Sequence record: MW879341.1
Strand: one strand, 5' to 3'
DNA: 64,000 bases
Shown here in pieces: positions 54,393 through 64,000 of the stretch. Both the position numbers and the translations under genes were made by a program. Position 1 is the first letter of the stretch. Each line of letters starts with the position of its first letter. The notes below the pieces were generated by a model. It had not been told where the DNA came from and searched no databases. It was given only the letters and a program-made list of their open reading frames with translations.

Positions 54393-55370
54393 ATGATTAA
54401 ATCTTTCACAGCAAACCCATTCAGCTTAACCCTCAATACCACTGAGTTGTTAGGCGCGTTCGTATCCCGCATCCGTGACATCAAAGACGGAACCATTGCT
54501 CGCTATCCAGGAATCGCTGCGCGCTTTTCTGACCTGGTTGCTGAGTTAGGAAGCGATGAAATATCAGACTTACGTACACTGGCCACAGAGCGTTATCAGA
54601 GCTCTCTCTGTATTGCACGCGCCGAGTCTGTAGAGGCATTTGTTGGTCAACTGACAAAGCTTCTGGAAACCGTAGTTCGCAATAACGAGACTGCTGTAGA
54701 TATCGCCAATCCAAAAGTCAAGTTTGTTCGTCGTCCAAGCATCAAAGACAATGAACACCCAGACCTGATGTATCGTCTGTTACTCCAACCGGGTGCACGC
54801 CGTACTTATTCTCGTCTGGACGAGCACTGTTTATTACTTACCCGTGAACTGCGTCAGAAGACTACCCGTTTCACTGCTGAGTTGGCCCGTGTTAAGACCG
54901 ACTCCCCAGAAGACGTGTTGTCAGAAGTGCGTGACTCTCTGAATGAAGCTGTCGATACGCCTATGTTGCGTGCAATCGACGCGTGGGTGAACAATTCAAG
55001 CGACTGTAGTGGTGGGCGTACTCACCTCCGTACCGTAGCTATGCTTGATCGCCTCCGTATCCAATCAGAACGCACTCAACTGGTTGACTGGTACCCTAAC
55101 TGGTTTGACATGATTGCGACTCTCCCAGAAGCTCCTACGCTGTTTGGTCCGCACCGCCGTGAACTTAACGATGAGTTCCTGCGTGTCCAAGCTGCGCTGT
55201 TAGCACTGGGTCAGTTAGATGTTGTTAAACTACCAGGCTTCGCAAGTGAAGCACTGACTGAATACCTACACCAAATCAATGAAACAATGATTGCACTGAC
55301 TGCTATGGTCGAGATGCGTTCATTGTTTATTAATGGCTACCACGACATCGTGGAATTTACTAAAGGGTAA
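54393..55370 (+). CDS. hypothetical (likely virion) protein
   Basis: 325-aa ORF in the head-gene region. Confidence 0.65.
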   Translation: MIKSFTANPFSLTLNTTELLGAFVSRIRDIKDGTIARYPGIAARFSDLVAELGSDEISDLRTLATERYQSSLCIARAESVEAFVGQLTKLLETVVRNNETAVDIANPKVKFVRRPSIKDNEHPDLMYRLLLQPGARRTYSRLDEHCLLLTRELRQKTTRFTAELARVKTDSPEDVLSEVRDSLNEAVDTPMLRAIDAWVNNSSDCSGGRTHLRTVAMLDRLRIQSERTQLVDWYPNWFDMIATLPEAPTLFGPHRRELNDEFLRVQAALLALGQLDVVKLPGFASEALTEYLHQINETMIALTAMVEMRSLFINGYHDIVEFTKG

Positions 55371-55375
55371 GAACT

Positions 55376-56638
55376 ATGTCTGCGAACGATCTCATGCTAA
55401 CCGTAGGGTCAGCAGTTAACGGAGCACGCGATAACTTCGCGATGCTGAGGGGTGTTACTGTAGCCCTGGAAAACATCCGTGATGAAATTGAAACGGAAGG
55501 GATGAGTCGTTCTATGGCTGAACTCATCGAGCAACAAGTCCCAGGCTCCGTAGCTCAGCGACCTAACGCTTTCACGCAGTACCCGTCACAGGTTAACTAT
55601 GCGGCTGGTATGGAGGCGTTGGGTGTTGCGGGTAGTAAGACACTGAAAGGTATTATCCTCGCTATTATCGGTGCGTGTGTTGCCGCTATCGGTGCTTTCC
55701 TGGGTTGGATTGTTAAGAAGTACAAAGGTCGTGATGCAGACGCATTGAAACGTCGTGCTAAAGACAAACGCGTACAGAAAACAAACCCGCCTGAGCGTGG
55801 ACAGATGCGACCCGAATGGCGCGATGATTTGGAATACGCTGCCTCCGTGGAAAACTTCCGTGCATCTATCACCGTTGGTCTCATTGAAACCGGCGCTGGT
55901 AAACACGGTAAGATGTTGAACTCCATTATGTTCGGTCGTGACGGTGGACTGTTGGCTGTCCTGACTAAACACATTGACAGTTCAATGAAGTCTATCGTTA
56001 CTACCACGAAAGCGATGGAAGGTAATCCTGCGGTGTACGATCGTCACTCAGGGAATCCTGCTGTGGTTGCAGAACTCAAGAACCTCGCAGAAGCAACGAT
56101 GAATCAGTACCTTTTACTCCAACGGGTTCAACCTGAAGGTATTAAAGGTAACGGTGTGTTGTCTGACCGTGTTCTGGAACTGCGTGCACGCATTGAGAAA
56201 GAAGCCCAGACTCCGGGACTCACTGCCGACGTTGATCTGAACACGCTGTACAATACACGCCAGGTTATTGATGAAGCTATCAATAATATCCTGGACATCG
56301 ACGTTACGCCGATGGGTCGTGAATGTACTGCTGCTGGTAAGTCACTACAGCAGTTGATGGACCGTCTTGATCTGACCTTCCGTGCGGGTTCCAGTGCTGC
56401 TACTGAAGCGTTGTTGGATTCTATCCAATCGGTGCAGCTGATGATTGACATGCAGGCAGACCTGATCGGTATTATAAACACGATCTTTGCCAGCACGATC
56501 GCAGCTGATGATAACTACACCTTCATGCTCCGTCGTCAGATTGAAGCAATGGAACGTGTGGGTATTGTTCCTGGTAGTGAGTTCATGACCAAGGACGATC
56601 AAGAGTTCTACCGTTACGCCAAAGAGTATTTAGACTAA
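55376..56638 (+). CDS. internal head/ejection protein with propeptide and TM helix
   Basis: ALE and GME cleavage-type sites, followed by GIILAIIGACVAAIGAFLGWIVKK. Confidence 0.7.
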   Translation: MSANDLMLTVGSAVNGARDNFAMLRGVTVALENIRDEIETEGMSRSMAELIEQQVPGSVAQRPNAFTQYPSQVNYAAGMEALGVAGSKTLKGIILAIIGACVAAIGAFLGWIVKKYKGRDADALKRRAKDKRVQKTNPPERGQMRPEWRDDLEYAASVENFRASITVGLIETGAGKHGKMLNSIMFGRDGGLLAVLTKHIDSSMKSIVTTTKAMEGNPAVYDRHSGNPAVVAELKNLAEATMNQYLLLQRVQPEGIKGNGVLSDRVLELRARIEKEAQTPGLTADVDLNTLYNTRQVIDEAINNILDIDVTPMGRECTAAGKSLQQLMDRLDLTFRAGSSAATEALLDSIQSVQLMIDMQADLIGIINTIFASTIAADDNYTFMLRRQIEAMERVGIVPGSEFMTKDDQEFYRYAKEYLD

Positions 56639-56640
56639 CG

Positions 56641-56689
56641 ACATAACTACCCTCTACCCCGCAAAAGGGTAGAGGGTAGGTTTTATGCC
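56641..56689. terminator. bidirectional terminator
   Basis: ctaccctctacc/ggtagagggtag with cataa and ttatg flanks. Confidence 0.8.
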
Positions 56690-59616
56690 TTATCGACAGT
56701 TTTGGTCTGGTGATTAACGTAGTCAAACGCCAGGTCTTCAGCAACACTCAAGACGCCCTCAGGCATCGCAGTCAACTTACGACCAATTGCACAACGAGTA
56801 GAGTCGTCTAACGCCGTGTAGGTCGAGATGTCTTCGTTTGGTCCAATGTCATCGATCTTAATACCGATGATATCGTTTCCGCCTGAAGCTGTTAACTGTG
56901 AGATCATATCCGACACAGCGACTGTACTGCGGTCCAAGATAGCACTGATGATCTTAGACGCATTCTTAGCCAACGTAGCACGCAGTTCGGTATCGACGTA
57001 ACTCACCAGAGACATGTGGTAAGTGACGTGAATACGCAGACCAGCAGGGATACTGACTTCACGACCATCGTTCACGATAATCCGACTGTTGCCCAGAGTA
57101 CGTTTCGGATAGAAGTACACCTTCGTGTTCTCCAGTAACCCTTTAGTGATCTCAGCCATATCGGTCTGAATCCACTCAACGATATTCTTAGGTACCAGCT
57201 TCGCGTACTCGACGTCTTCCTCATCCGTTGCGAAGAAATACGTACCGTCCAACATGAACAAATCGAACTGACGTTCAGTCTTACGGGTTTCGATACGAAT
57301 CGGTTTACCTTGAGCGTCAAGTTTAGCAGCACCTGCAACTGCCAGGACTTTCTGCTTACCAGTAGCAGGGTCAATGACTGGGTCACCGGCCTTGTGTTCC
57401 CAATGATAAACTACCTTACCATTAGCAACGGTATACACCGGGTTGTTATTGGAATCGCGCTTAGGAACGTTCTGTGTGTAGTAGGCTAACTGATCCTCTG
57501 TCCACACGGAGTAACGCTCACTACCTGGTACGTTACGTGCACGACTCCACAGACCGTAGTTTGTATTGTCGAGTGTGTCGCCCATGGTTGCGCTGAAACG
57601 GTGACGTGAAACAGCTACGCTTCCGTTAGGCAGAATCATACTACCCATCCACAGATCCAACGCACGTTTCTCTAACTGATAGACGTCGTAGTTGGCTGCC
57701 ACGTAGAGCAAGTCCCAATTACCAGCCAGTGGCATATTGAACTTACGCGGCGAACTGTTGAACATAAAGAACGTATCGACAACCAGACTGTGTTTAGGCG
57801 TGATGTCCCATTCACAGGTAATGTCGAACTCGTACACACGCTCGTTGTTAACCTTATTAGGCAACAGTTTCCCGTTCATAAAGGCGTAGCCAGTATCGTC
57901 TTCCGGTTGGAAGGCTAACTGAAGCATCGCCTGTGAATCTGGTAGTGCTTTCCAGGAATCACCGGAACGAGTAACGACAGTGAGTTTATACCCAGTGTCT
58001 GTTTTCTCCAACGTGTACGTGTCTGGTGCAACCTCCAACAGCGCCGTCTCATTCTCTTCAATGAACTGACGGTTTGTGATGCGTGGGTTCTCCAGGTAAT
58101 ACGGTCGAGTGGCGAACTGATTATTCGACGTGTCCAGAACATAGTGGAATGGACTGTACATGTAGTGATTGTCATTGACCTGGTTCACCAGTACGTCTGG
58201 AGTCATTGCGAGAATCATTGCTTTCTCAGCATCGCTCACAATACGTAGACCACCATCCTCTAAACTAAACAGCGTAGTAGGTTTGATCGTCGTACGGTCA
58301 CCATTTGATGCAACTGTGGCATAACCGGACAGACTGTCAATACTGGTTTGGAATAACTCCACACTACAACCAATACCTGTTGCGAATTTACCAGTCTCCG
58401 GTGCCGGCATAGGCTTAGTAGCCAAGTAGGTACGGGAGTTGATATCTTCGATGGCTTTCAGAATATCAAAGCCACGGCGTTGTAACGAACCACGCAGCTG
58501 AGCATCGGTGATTGGTGTGTCACGGAAGTTAGCATTGTGAATGCGGCGTTCACGCAACTGCTCAAACGTCAGACCGTTGTTACCACCCTGAACCTTATTA
58601 CTGCAATAGTAGAAGATGGCATTGAATGCACCCAGTGGTGCACTGTACACACTGTCGGCTGCGGTCTCTTCTGGGTCTGAGAACGTCATGGTGTAGTTAG
58701 ACGGTGCAAACCCAGAGAGGTCTACGTTCACTGCGCCTTTACTGGTGTAGATATCCACACGCAGTTCACTGGCAATCAACTTGTTCGTGATATAGATCTG
58801 AGGGATAGACACTTCCAGCGTGTTATCCGTGACCTTCAGTAAAGCAGTGACGCTATTGACATCGAAGACCTGCTGACTGTGGGTGGTGTTATACTCAACC
58901 CAACTGCCGTCAGACTGCTTACCCCAAACACGACAATAGTAATAGCTGTCGTTCAGCGTGTATTTCTGAGTTACCATAGACCCGTAGGTTACTGGGACAG
59001 AAACGCTGGTGAGTACCAGCTGCTGTACAGGCACAGACATGATAATGAAGTCGACATTATCCTGAGTAGCCGTAACGTACTCAACGAGGTTAGACTCGAT
59101 AGTACTGATTGGGGAAGGGATGGTATTGTCGTACGTGATCTCTAACCCGCCGTATGGCATCAGACGGATGACGATAGGGTAAAGTGTAGAGAACGTATAA
59201 CCGTTGATACTCCACGCAGTGTTACGCGGAATAACCATCTTCTTGATACGTGTCCCTGGCACTTGCACGATACGCTGGAGAATCTCTTCTTTAGAGAGAG
59301 CCAACTGGAATTGTGTCAGTGCTGGGGTACAGAAACGATCCAGGTAATCTACGTTGGCCATGTGGTAGTACAGGTCTTCGTAGGTCTGAGCCAATTCTGG
59401 ATATTGACGACGCACGCCAGTTTCGAACTGTTCCATGCTCGCCATGTGCAAGGCAATACCCGTACCCATCAGTAAGCTGAATGGAGTAGAAGGGTCTACG
59501 ATATCCAACTCGCCGTTGGTTGCCTTTTCAATCGCAGAGTAAACCTGGTCTTGTACCAGACTGGGGTTCAGACGAGCCTGCCCGATAGCAGTACTCAGTT
59601 CTGTAATCTTAACCAT
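56683..59616 (-). CDS. large virion structural protein, baseplate-wedge-like (phiKZ gp87-like)
   Basis: 977 aa, beta-rich, with GGxxGLTFEQLRER (baseplate J/gp6-like motif). Canonical antisense pair with the next gene. Confidence 0.7.
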   Translation of the reverse strand: MVKITELSTAIGQARLNPSLVQDQVYSAIEKATNGELDIVDPSTPFSLLMGTGIALHMASMEQFETGVRRQYPELAQTYEDLYYHMANVDYLDRFCTPALTQFQLALSKEEILQRIVQVPGTRIKKMVIPRNTAWSINGYTFSTLYPIVIRLMPYGGLEITYDNTIPSPISTIESNLVEYVTATQDNVDFIIMSVPVQQLVLTSVSVPVTYGSMVTQKYTLNDSYYYCRVWGKQSDGSWVEYNTTHSQQVFDVNSVTALLKVTDNTLEVSIPQIYITNKLIASELRVDIYTSKGAVNVDLSGFAPSNYTMTFSDPEETAADSVYSAPLGAFNAIFYYCSNKVQGGNNGLTFEQLRERRIHNANFRDTPITDAQLRGSLQRRGFDILKAIEDINSRTYLATKPMPAPETGKFATGIGCSVELFQTSIDSLSGYATVASNGDRTTIKPTTLFSLEDGGLRIVSDAEKAMILAMTPDVLVNQVNDNHYMYSPFHYVLDTSNNQFATRPYYLENPRITNRQFIEENETALLEVAPDTYTLEKTDTGYKLTVVTRSGDSWKALPDSQAMLQLAFQPEDDTGYAFMNGKLLPNKVNNERVYEFDITCEWDITPKHSLVVDTFFMFNSSPRKFNMPLAGNWDLLYVAANYDVYQLEKRALDLWMGSMILPNGSVAVSRHRFSATMGDTLDNTNYGLWSRARNVPGSERYSVWTEDQLAYYTQNVPKRDSNNNPVYTVANGKVVYHWEHKAGDPVIDPATGKQKVLAVAGAAKLDAQGKPIRIETRKTERQFDLFMLDGTYFFATDEEDVEYAKLVPKNIVEWIQTDMAEITKGLLENTKVYFYPKRTLGNSRIIVNDGREVSIPAGLRIHVTYHMSLVSYVDTELRATLAKNASKIISAILDRSTVAVSDMISQLTASGGNDIIGIKIDDIGPNEDISTYTALDDSTRCAIGRKLTAMPEGVLSVAEDLAFDYVNHQTKTVDKA

Positions 59617-60764
59617 TAGAAATCACCTCGGAATGAACTAAACTGCCGTTGTCCGGTCGTTGTGGTCGTAGTATCCGTCTGAGCATCCGCGCCTTTCAGT
59701 GCGTTGAAATACTGCTGCTCTGCCACAGGCAACCACCACTCTAATTCCAAGGTCTCTTCATTGATATGAGGAAGACCACGGTAGTTGTAGTCATTGCTTG
59801 AATCGAACGGCATCTTAACGTATGCCTGGGAACGACCTGCTACTGATTCTTTTAATAGAGGGCAGAAATTAAAAGTTACCTTATTAAACCAGTAGATAAT
59901 GATCGGGTCATTGTACAGAGCGCCAGTCGCACGGAAGGGTACGGTAATTTGTGCCGTGTCATCCATGTATGGCTTTTCAGCATTGAAGTTCATTGATGCG
60001 CCAATACTGATTGCTGTTGGGTAGCTCACGCCGCAACACGCGATCTTCTGGACATAACGTCGAGAAGGGTCCAACACCAGTCTGTAGATTCGAGTGTTAG
60101 AATCGGCTTCTTCTTCTAAGGCTGATTCTGGGTATGGCATTAAGTCACCACGATACACCCAGCCGCTGTAAAGCAGCCACACTAAAATCATCAATGATAT
60201 AGGGTCACCTGGCACGTTTCGGAAATTCGCCGTAAGCGTAAAACTGTCCAGAATCTCGCCGATACTGTCGATCTGACTGAACGTCTGTCGAGCTTTACCT
60301 TCGGGTGACGTGTAGCTATCCATATCGATATCTTTCCAACCGTTCAATGACAGTAGGTTGTTTGTCAATAATGGAATAAACGGAGAGTTACGGTCAACCA
60401 GAGGGGTCGTGCATAGCGCGCCCTCATTGTGCCGTTTTGCGCCCCTTGGAATATCCGGTGTACCGTTCCCTCTCGGGTCGAGGTATGCACGAATCATTCT
60501 TGGGATGCTGTATTCGTTTGTGGTTGCCAACACACTCAATACACGTTTAGTAAGTAGGTTAGCCTCACTAAGGTTCAAATTGGGGCGTGTGAAAAACACC
60601 ATCCCGTTGTTATCAAGGTTTGTTGTCACTGGGTTGCCTAACCCGCGATGGTTAAACCCCCTTGCCATCAGACTGTTAGCGATACTTAGTTCGCCTAGCC
60701 CATTCTGCCGAGAGATCAGATTGATCTGACGCTGAAGCTCGACAATATCATTCGGGTTGAACAT
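59616..60764 (-). CDS. virion structural protein (phiKZ gp88-like, baseplate/tube-initiator-like)
   Basis: FFTRPNLNLS block; position. Confidence 0.7.
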   Translation of the reverse strand: MFNPNDIVELQRQINLISRQNGLGELSIANSLMARGFNHRGLGNPVTTNLDNNGMVFFTRPNLNLSEANLLTKRVLSVLATTNEYSIPRMIRAYLDPRGNGTPDIPRGAKRHNEGALCTTPLVDRNSPFIPLLTNNLLSLNGWKDIDMDSYTSPEGKARQTFSQIDSIGEILDSFTLTANFRNVPGDPISLMILVWLLYSGWVYRGDLMPYPESALEEEADSNTRIYRLVLDPSRRYVQKIACCGVSYPTAISIGASMNFNAEKPYMDDTAQITVPFRATGALYNDPIIIYWFNKVTFNFCPLLKESVAGRSQAYVKMPFDSSNDYNYRGLPHINEETLELEWWLPVAEQQYFNALKGADAQTDTTTTTTGQRQFSSFRGDF

Positions 60765-60808
60765 AATGACCGCCCTTTCTAAATAAACACATTACGAGGT
60801 AGAATATC

Positions 60809-61888
60809 ATGTTAGATCCTCTCGTTAGCACAGCGGTTGGTGTTGCAACCAACATTGCTAAGCGTACTTTTGGAGCGCTGACTGGCCGAGAAAAATCACT
60901 GCTGGACTTTACGCGTGTGGGTCAGGTTACACCGATGGTTATTGTGGATAGCGACATTCGCTTTAACCCACTGACCAAAGATATCCTGCACTGCCTGTCA
61001 ACAATGTTTACCGGCTACTACATGCAAGCGCTGGCTTACGAAGACCTGATCGATGACGTAAAAATCACCGACCGTCTGGATAAGTTTAACCCATCGGCGT
61101 CTAAGCCGTTCTTCAAGTCGTTTTCCTTTGAGAGCAATGGCGGGTTCGGATTACCGGCTACCACCGTTGCTTCTATGGAAGCATATGATAAGGCGACTCC
61201 TGGCCGCTCTGAGGTTGTCAGTAAAGACAACATCAATGAGATGTTCGAAGATCGTTCTCTGGCTGTAGGTAAGATGATTACTGTTAAACTGCACGATCGT
61301 GCGGGTCAGTCTCGCCCTGTGCCGGTGACCATTCGTCTTATCCCGATGATCATGGACACACAGCCGCTGTTGACTGCTTACTCCATCGGTTCTCGCTGGA
61401 ACACCCAGACCGAACGTAAGTTCCGTATGGAAACGGGAGAACTGTCTAAGGTAGCCGACTACCTGTTCAAATCGGACATGATCGAAGAACATCGTCAGGC
61501 ACTGCTGAAAGACAAATCTGGCGTTTACGGTGCACTGGCTCAACGTCGTACCGATAAACTCCTGGGTCAAATCGCTGACGGTAAAGAGTCCCTGGCTGCC
61601 GCTGCGGCTATGACTATCATCTCGGCTAAAACAGCGAAAGAGCTGGAACGTCGCCTGGGTGGTAAACTCTCTAACTATAAAACTCGTGAGCAGTTGTTCG
61701 ATGAACACGCTCTGATGATTATGGTTGTGTATGATCCAGGTTACGACCAGGCAGTGTTCTACTTCCGTGGCTCTCCTGACGCTTCTGAACTCAGTGCGAA
61801 CGAGATCAAAGTCAGCAGCAAAAAGCAGGACGTGAACATGATGGAACTGATCAACACGTTCATGAACAAAGGCGCACCGAGCTTCTAA
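60809..61888 (+). CDS. internal head protein (phiKZ gp89-like)
   Basis: SFE and SME cleavage-type sites; position. Confidence 0.7.
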   Translation: MLDPLVSTAVGVATNIAKRTFGALTGREKSLLDFTRVGQVTPMVIVDSDIRFNPLTKDILHCLSTMFTGYYMQALAYEDLIDDVKITDRLDKFNPSASKPFFKSFSFESNGGFGLPATTVASMEAYDKATPGRSEVVSKDNINEMFEDRSLAVGKMITVKLHDRAGQSRPVPVTIRLIPMIMDTQPLLTAYSIGSRWNTQTERKFRMETGELSKVADYLFKSDMIEEHRQALLKDKSGVYGALAQRRTDKLLGQIADGKESLAAAAAMTIISAKTAKELERRLGGKLSNYKTREQLFDEHALMIMVVYDPGYDQAVFYFRGSPDASELSANEIKVSSKKQDVNMMELINTFMNKGAPSF

Positions 61889-61898
61889 GAGGGCTACA

Positions 61899-62801
61899 AT
61901 GAATACCAACGATTTTATCCAACTGTTGCCTGTCACGATTGACCGCGCTACCGTACTCGGTCAGCTGCGCAATCAGACGCTGGATATGACAGACAACTTA
62001 ATCCCAGCCTACCAACAGGCTGGTGAACTGCTGGGCGACGACTACGAGTCTAAATCGCAGACTGGTCGTAACATCGCTCGCGCATTCTCCCTGCGTCGCA
62101 TGAGTGGTAAGCGTGTGATGTGGTATAATGACGTACAGCGTGCTCTGGAAAACGCCGCCAGTCTGATGGCTACCTTTACTAGCGATGTTGAGAAACTCAA
62201 AACCTCAATCATTGCTCGTGACGGTATTTCTCTGCGCCTGGCTAACGTACTGCAACTGGCTGAGATGAATAACTTCATGACCAGCTACGCACCGAAACTG
62301 TTGCTGTGGTACTACGCTCAGGAAAACGCCGCGTCTAACAGTCACATCAACGGCGACGCATTACCGCCAGACGAGCGCAAGTGGATCACTGAGAATCTGA
62401 TGGGCTTCGCTGCTGTCGTCGATCTGTATCTGACCTCGCCGGACGAGTTCCTGCGTAAGTTGAACAGCGTGACTACACTGCCCGCTTCAGGCATTGACTA
62501 CGCTACCGCGATGGCAACTACCCCGGCTAAAGTTGACCCACTGAAGTTGAACTTCATTGGTGAAGACCTGCTGGTTGGTATGATCTCCGGCATCAGCTAC
62601 CGCCTGGGTAAACTCTGGGTTGAGTGGAGTGTTAAGAAACATCTGGAGCGTAAAGAACTCCGCACTGCACTGGAACTGCGTCTGCTGGAAATGAAGATGG
62701 TGCGCGATGGTACTATGGATGCAAGCCTGTCCAAGCGTATCAAGATGACCGAAGACCGTCTGAGCAAACTGTCCCGCCAGATCGCCGAATACGAGGGCTA
62801 A
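61899..62801 (+). CDS. internal head/inner-body protein (phiKZ gp90-like)
   Basis: Position; C-terminal coiled coil. Confidence 0.7.
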   Translation: MNTNDFIQLLPVTIDRATVLGQLRNQTLDMTDNLIPAYQQAGELLGDDYESKSQTGRNIARAFSLRRMSGKRVMWYNDVQRALENAASLMATFTSDVEKLKTSIIARDGISLRLANVLQLAEMNNFMTSYAPKLLLWYYAQENAASNSHINGDALPPDERKWITENLMGFAAVVDLYLTSPDEFLRKLNSVTTLPASGIDYATAMATTPAKVDPLKLNFIGEDLLVGMISGISYRLGKLWVEWSVKKHLERKELRTALELRLLEMKMVRDGTMDASLSKRIKMTEDRLSKLSRQIAEYEG

Positions 62802-62804
62802 TCA

Positions 62805-63332
62805 ATGTACACGAAAGTCTATGGTCATTACCCTCTAGGCTTTCGTCGGGTCTTACGGCCTGGCGAACGCAAACTCGATTCAGATCCAGACGGTGCAGTC
62901 GTCAACCAGTATCTGAAATGGCAGCAAGACCGCGCAGGCATCCGTAGCTGGGCATCATACGAAGAAGGCATCAAACTTGCCATTCAACTCTTCGGCGATT
63001 TCCATAAATGGGTAGTCGAGCAACAGTCTAACCCTGAACTCGGACGACACGCCTTCGACTTTATCCAAGAAACCATTCGTTTCATTAATACGGGTAAACG
63101 TCAGGTTAACCTGCACACTCACGCCAGCTTAATTCTGATGGACGTTGAGAGCTTTGCAACCTATCCACCGGCAGACCGTAAGGTTCGACTGGTAGATCTG
63201 CTGGAAGCTTCCTCTGAAACAGTCATTGCGCACTGGTTACGTCAGGACGGCGGCTACAGCGATATGTTATGTAGCCTCAATGTCTTTTTCGGCAATACGC
63301 GAGCCACGGGTGCACTCACCTGGGGTAGTTAA
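62805..63332 (+). CDS. conserved virion-region protein
   Basis: 175 aa, between the gp90-like and gp93-like genes. Confidence 0.65.
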   Translation: MYTKVYGHYPLGFRRVLRPGERKLDSDPDGAVVNQYLKWQQDRAGIRSWASYEEGIKLAIQLFGDFHKWVVEQQSNPELGRHAFDFIQETIRFINTGKRQVNLHTHASLILMDVESFATYPPADRKVRLVDLLEASSETVIAHWLRQDGGYSDMLCSLNVFFGNTRATGALTWGS

Positions 63333-63354
63333 CTCTTAGGAGCTTTGTTTAAAA

Positions 63355-64000
63355 ATGAAAAAATCGATTCGTAAGCTGGGTCTTGAATCCCTGGCGGAAG
63401 AACTGGCAGTCGTCCCTGCTCAGACCGTAGAGGTCGTAGCCGACGTTGTGCCTGAAACTGTTGTCGTTCTGGATAACACCGATAATGAACTGCTGGCTGT
63501 TGCTGCTGCACAGACTGCTGCCGCTGACACCTCTGACGCAATCGACGAACTGGCTGCTGCCGCAACCCGTCTGTCCGATATTCGTTCTAACATCGAAGCC
63601 ACCCTGCCTAACGGCGGTCTGACTCAGGGCGAAGCTGTTGCGTATCAGTGCGCAACTGATGCCGTTGTTGCTGACCTGGGTGTTCAGCAGGTACTGCCGG
63701 CTATGGAACACTTCGGTGGTTCTAAGTCTCGCGTGCAAGCGACTACCGCTTCTATGGAAGCGCTGGATGGCGTGATCGGCAAAGTAATGAAGCGCGCCGG
63801 TGAGTTGCTTGATTCACTGTTCAAACGCATCGGTGAGCTGGCTGGTCGTGTCGTCGAGTACTTCACTTCTAACGAATCTCGTCTGAAGAAATTACGCGAC
63901 GCTCTGCGTGGTAAGAGTAGCAGCAAAGGTACCGTTGCTATTGGTAAAGATGAAGCCGCGATGGTTTCTAAAGGTGGTCGTTTCGAAGCCAGCGTCATTC
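63355..64000 (+). CDS. inner-body/ejection head protein (phiKZ gp93 family), 3'-truncated by the window
   Basis: Absent from the ORF track because it has no stop in the window. AGGAG SD; MKKSIRKLGLESL...; GLE, AME and SME cleavage-type sites. Confidence 0.8.
   Translation, partial: MKKSIRKLGLESLAEELAVVPAQTVEVVADVVPETVVVLDNTDNELLAVAAAQTAAADTSDAIDELAAAATRLSDIRSNIEATLPNGGLTQGEAVAYQCATDAVVADLGVQQVLPAMEHFGGSKSRVQATTASMEALDGVIGKVMKRAGELLDSLFKRIGELAGRVVEYFTSNESRLKKLRDALRGKSSSKGTVAIGKDEAAMVSKGGRFEASVI

Noticed and set aside
1-64000. PhuZ tubulin, ChmB, major capsid, terminase, tRNAs, CRISPR, integrase, retron/DGR reverse transcriptase
   Set aside because: No diagnostic motifs (GGGTGSG, YxDD in an RT context, etc.) were seen in any ORF of this window. 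They may lie elsewhere in the genome.

Overview
This 64-kb window comes from a phiKZ-like, nucleus-forming jumbo phage (Chimalliviridae-type). No database search was run; family calls rest on recognised motifs and conserved gene order. From left to right it contains: (1) an early accessory region (1-8.7 kb) with a YubB-like protein, a DUF488-like protein, a macrodomain and two structured non-coding leaders; (2) a tandem run of small diverged ORFs (8.8-12.3 kb); (3) the phage-nucleus/replication core, comprising the catalytic half of a split family-B DNA polymerase, chimallin, the non-virion RNAP beta' N-terminal subunit interrupted by a group I intron with an HNH endonuclease (splice sites 19553/19554 and 20929/20930, restoring NADFDGD), an SbcD-like nuclease, a ChmC-like protein, a gp68-like sigma-like subunit, a PicA/Imp1-like import factor, the nvRNAP beta and beta' subunits and an SF2 helicase; (4) an inserted A-B-B-A-B paralog array; (5) a gp77/gp76-like pair, a virion RNAP beta' subunit and the exonuclease half of the polymerase; (6) head and baseplate genes. 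The best candidates for undescribed biology are: a predicted -1 ribosomal frameshift (T TTT TTG) fusing the gp77-like and gp76-like ORFs in the manner of lambda G/GT or P2 E/E' tail chaperones; an E. coli SSB-like C-terminal tip (FDTDIPF) on the ChmC-like protein; an HTH/effector paralog array whose B proteins share a 12-residue C-terminal tag; several promoter-to-terminator structured RNA candidates, two of which share a bipartite motif; two in-frame ribosome-binding starts in chimallin; and an M48-like metalloprotease among the head proteins.
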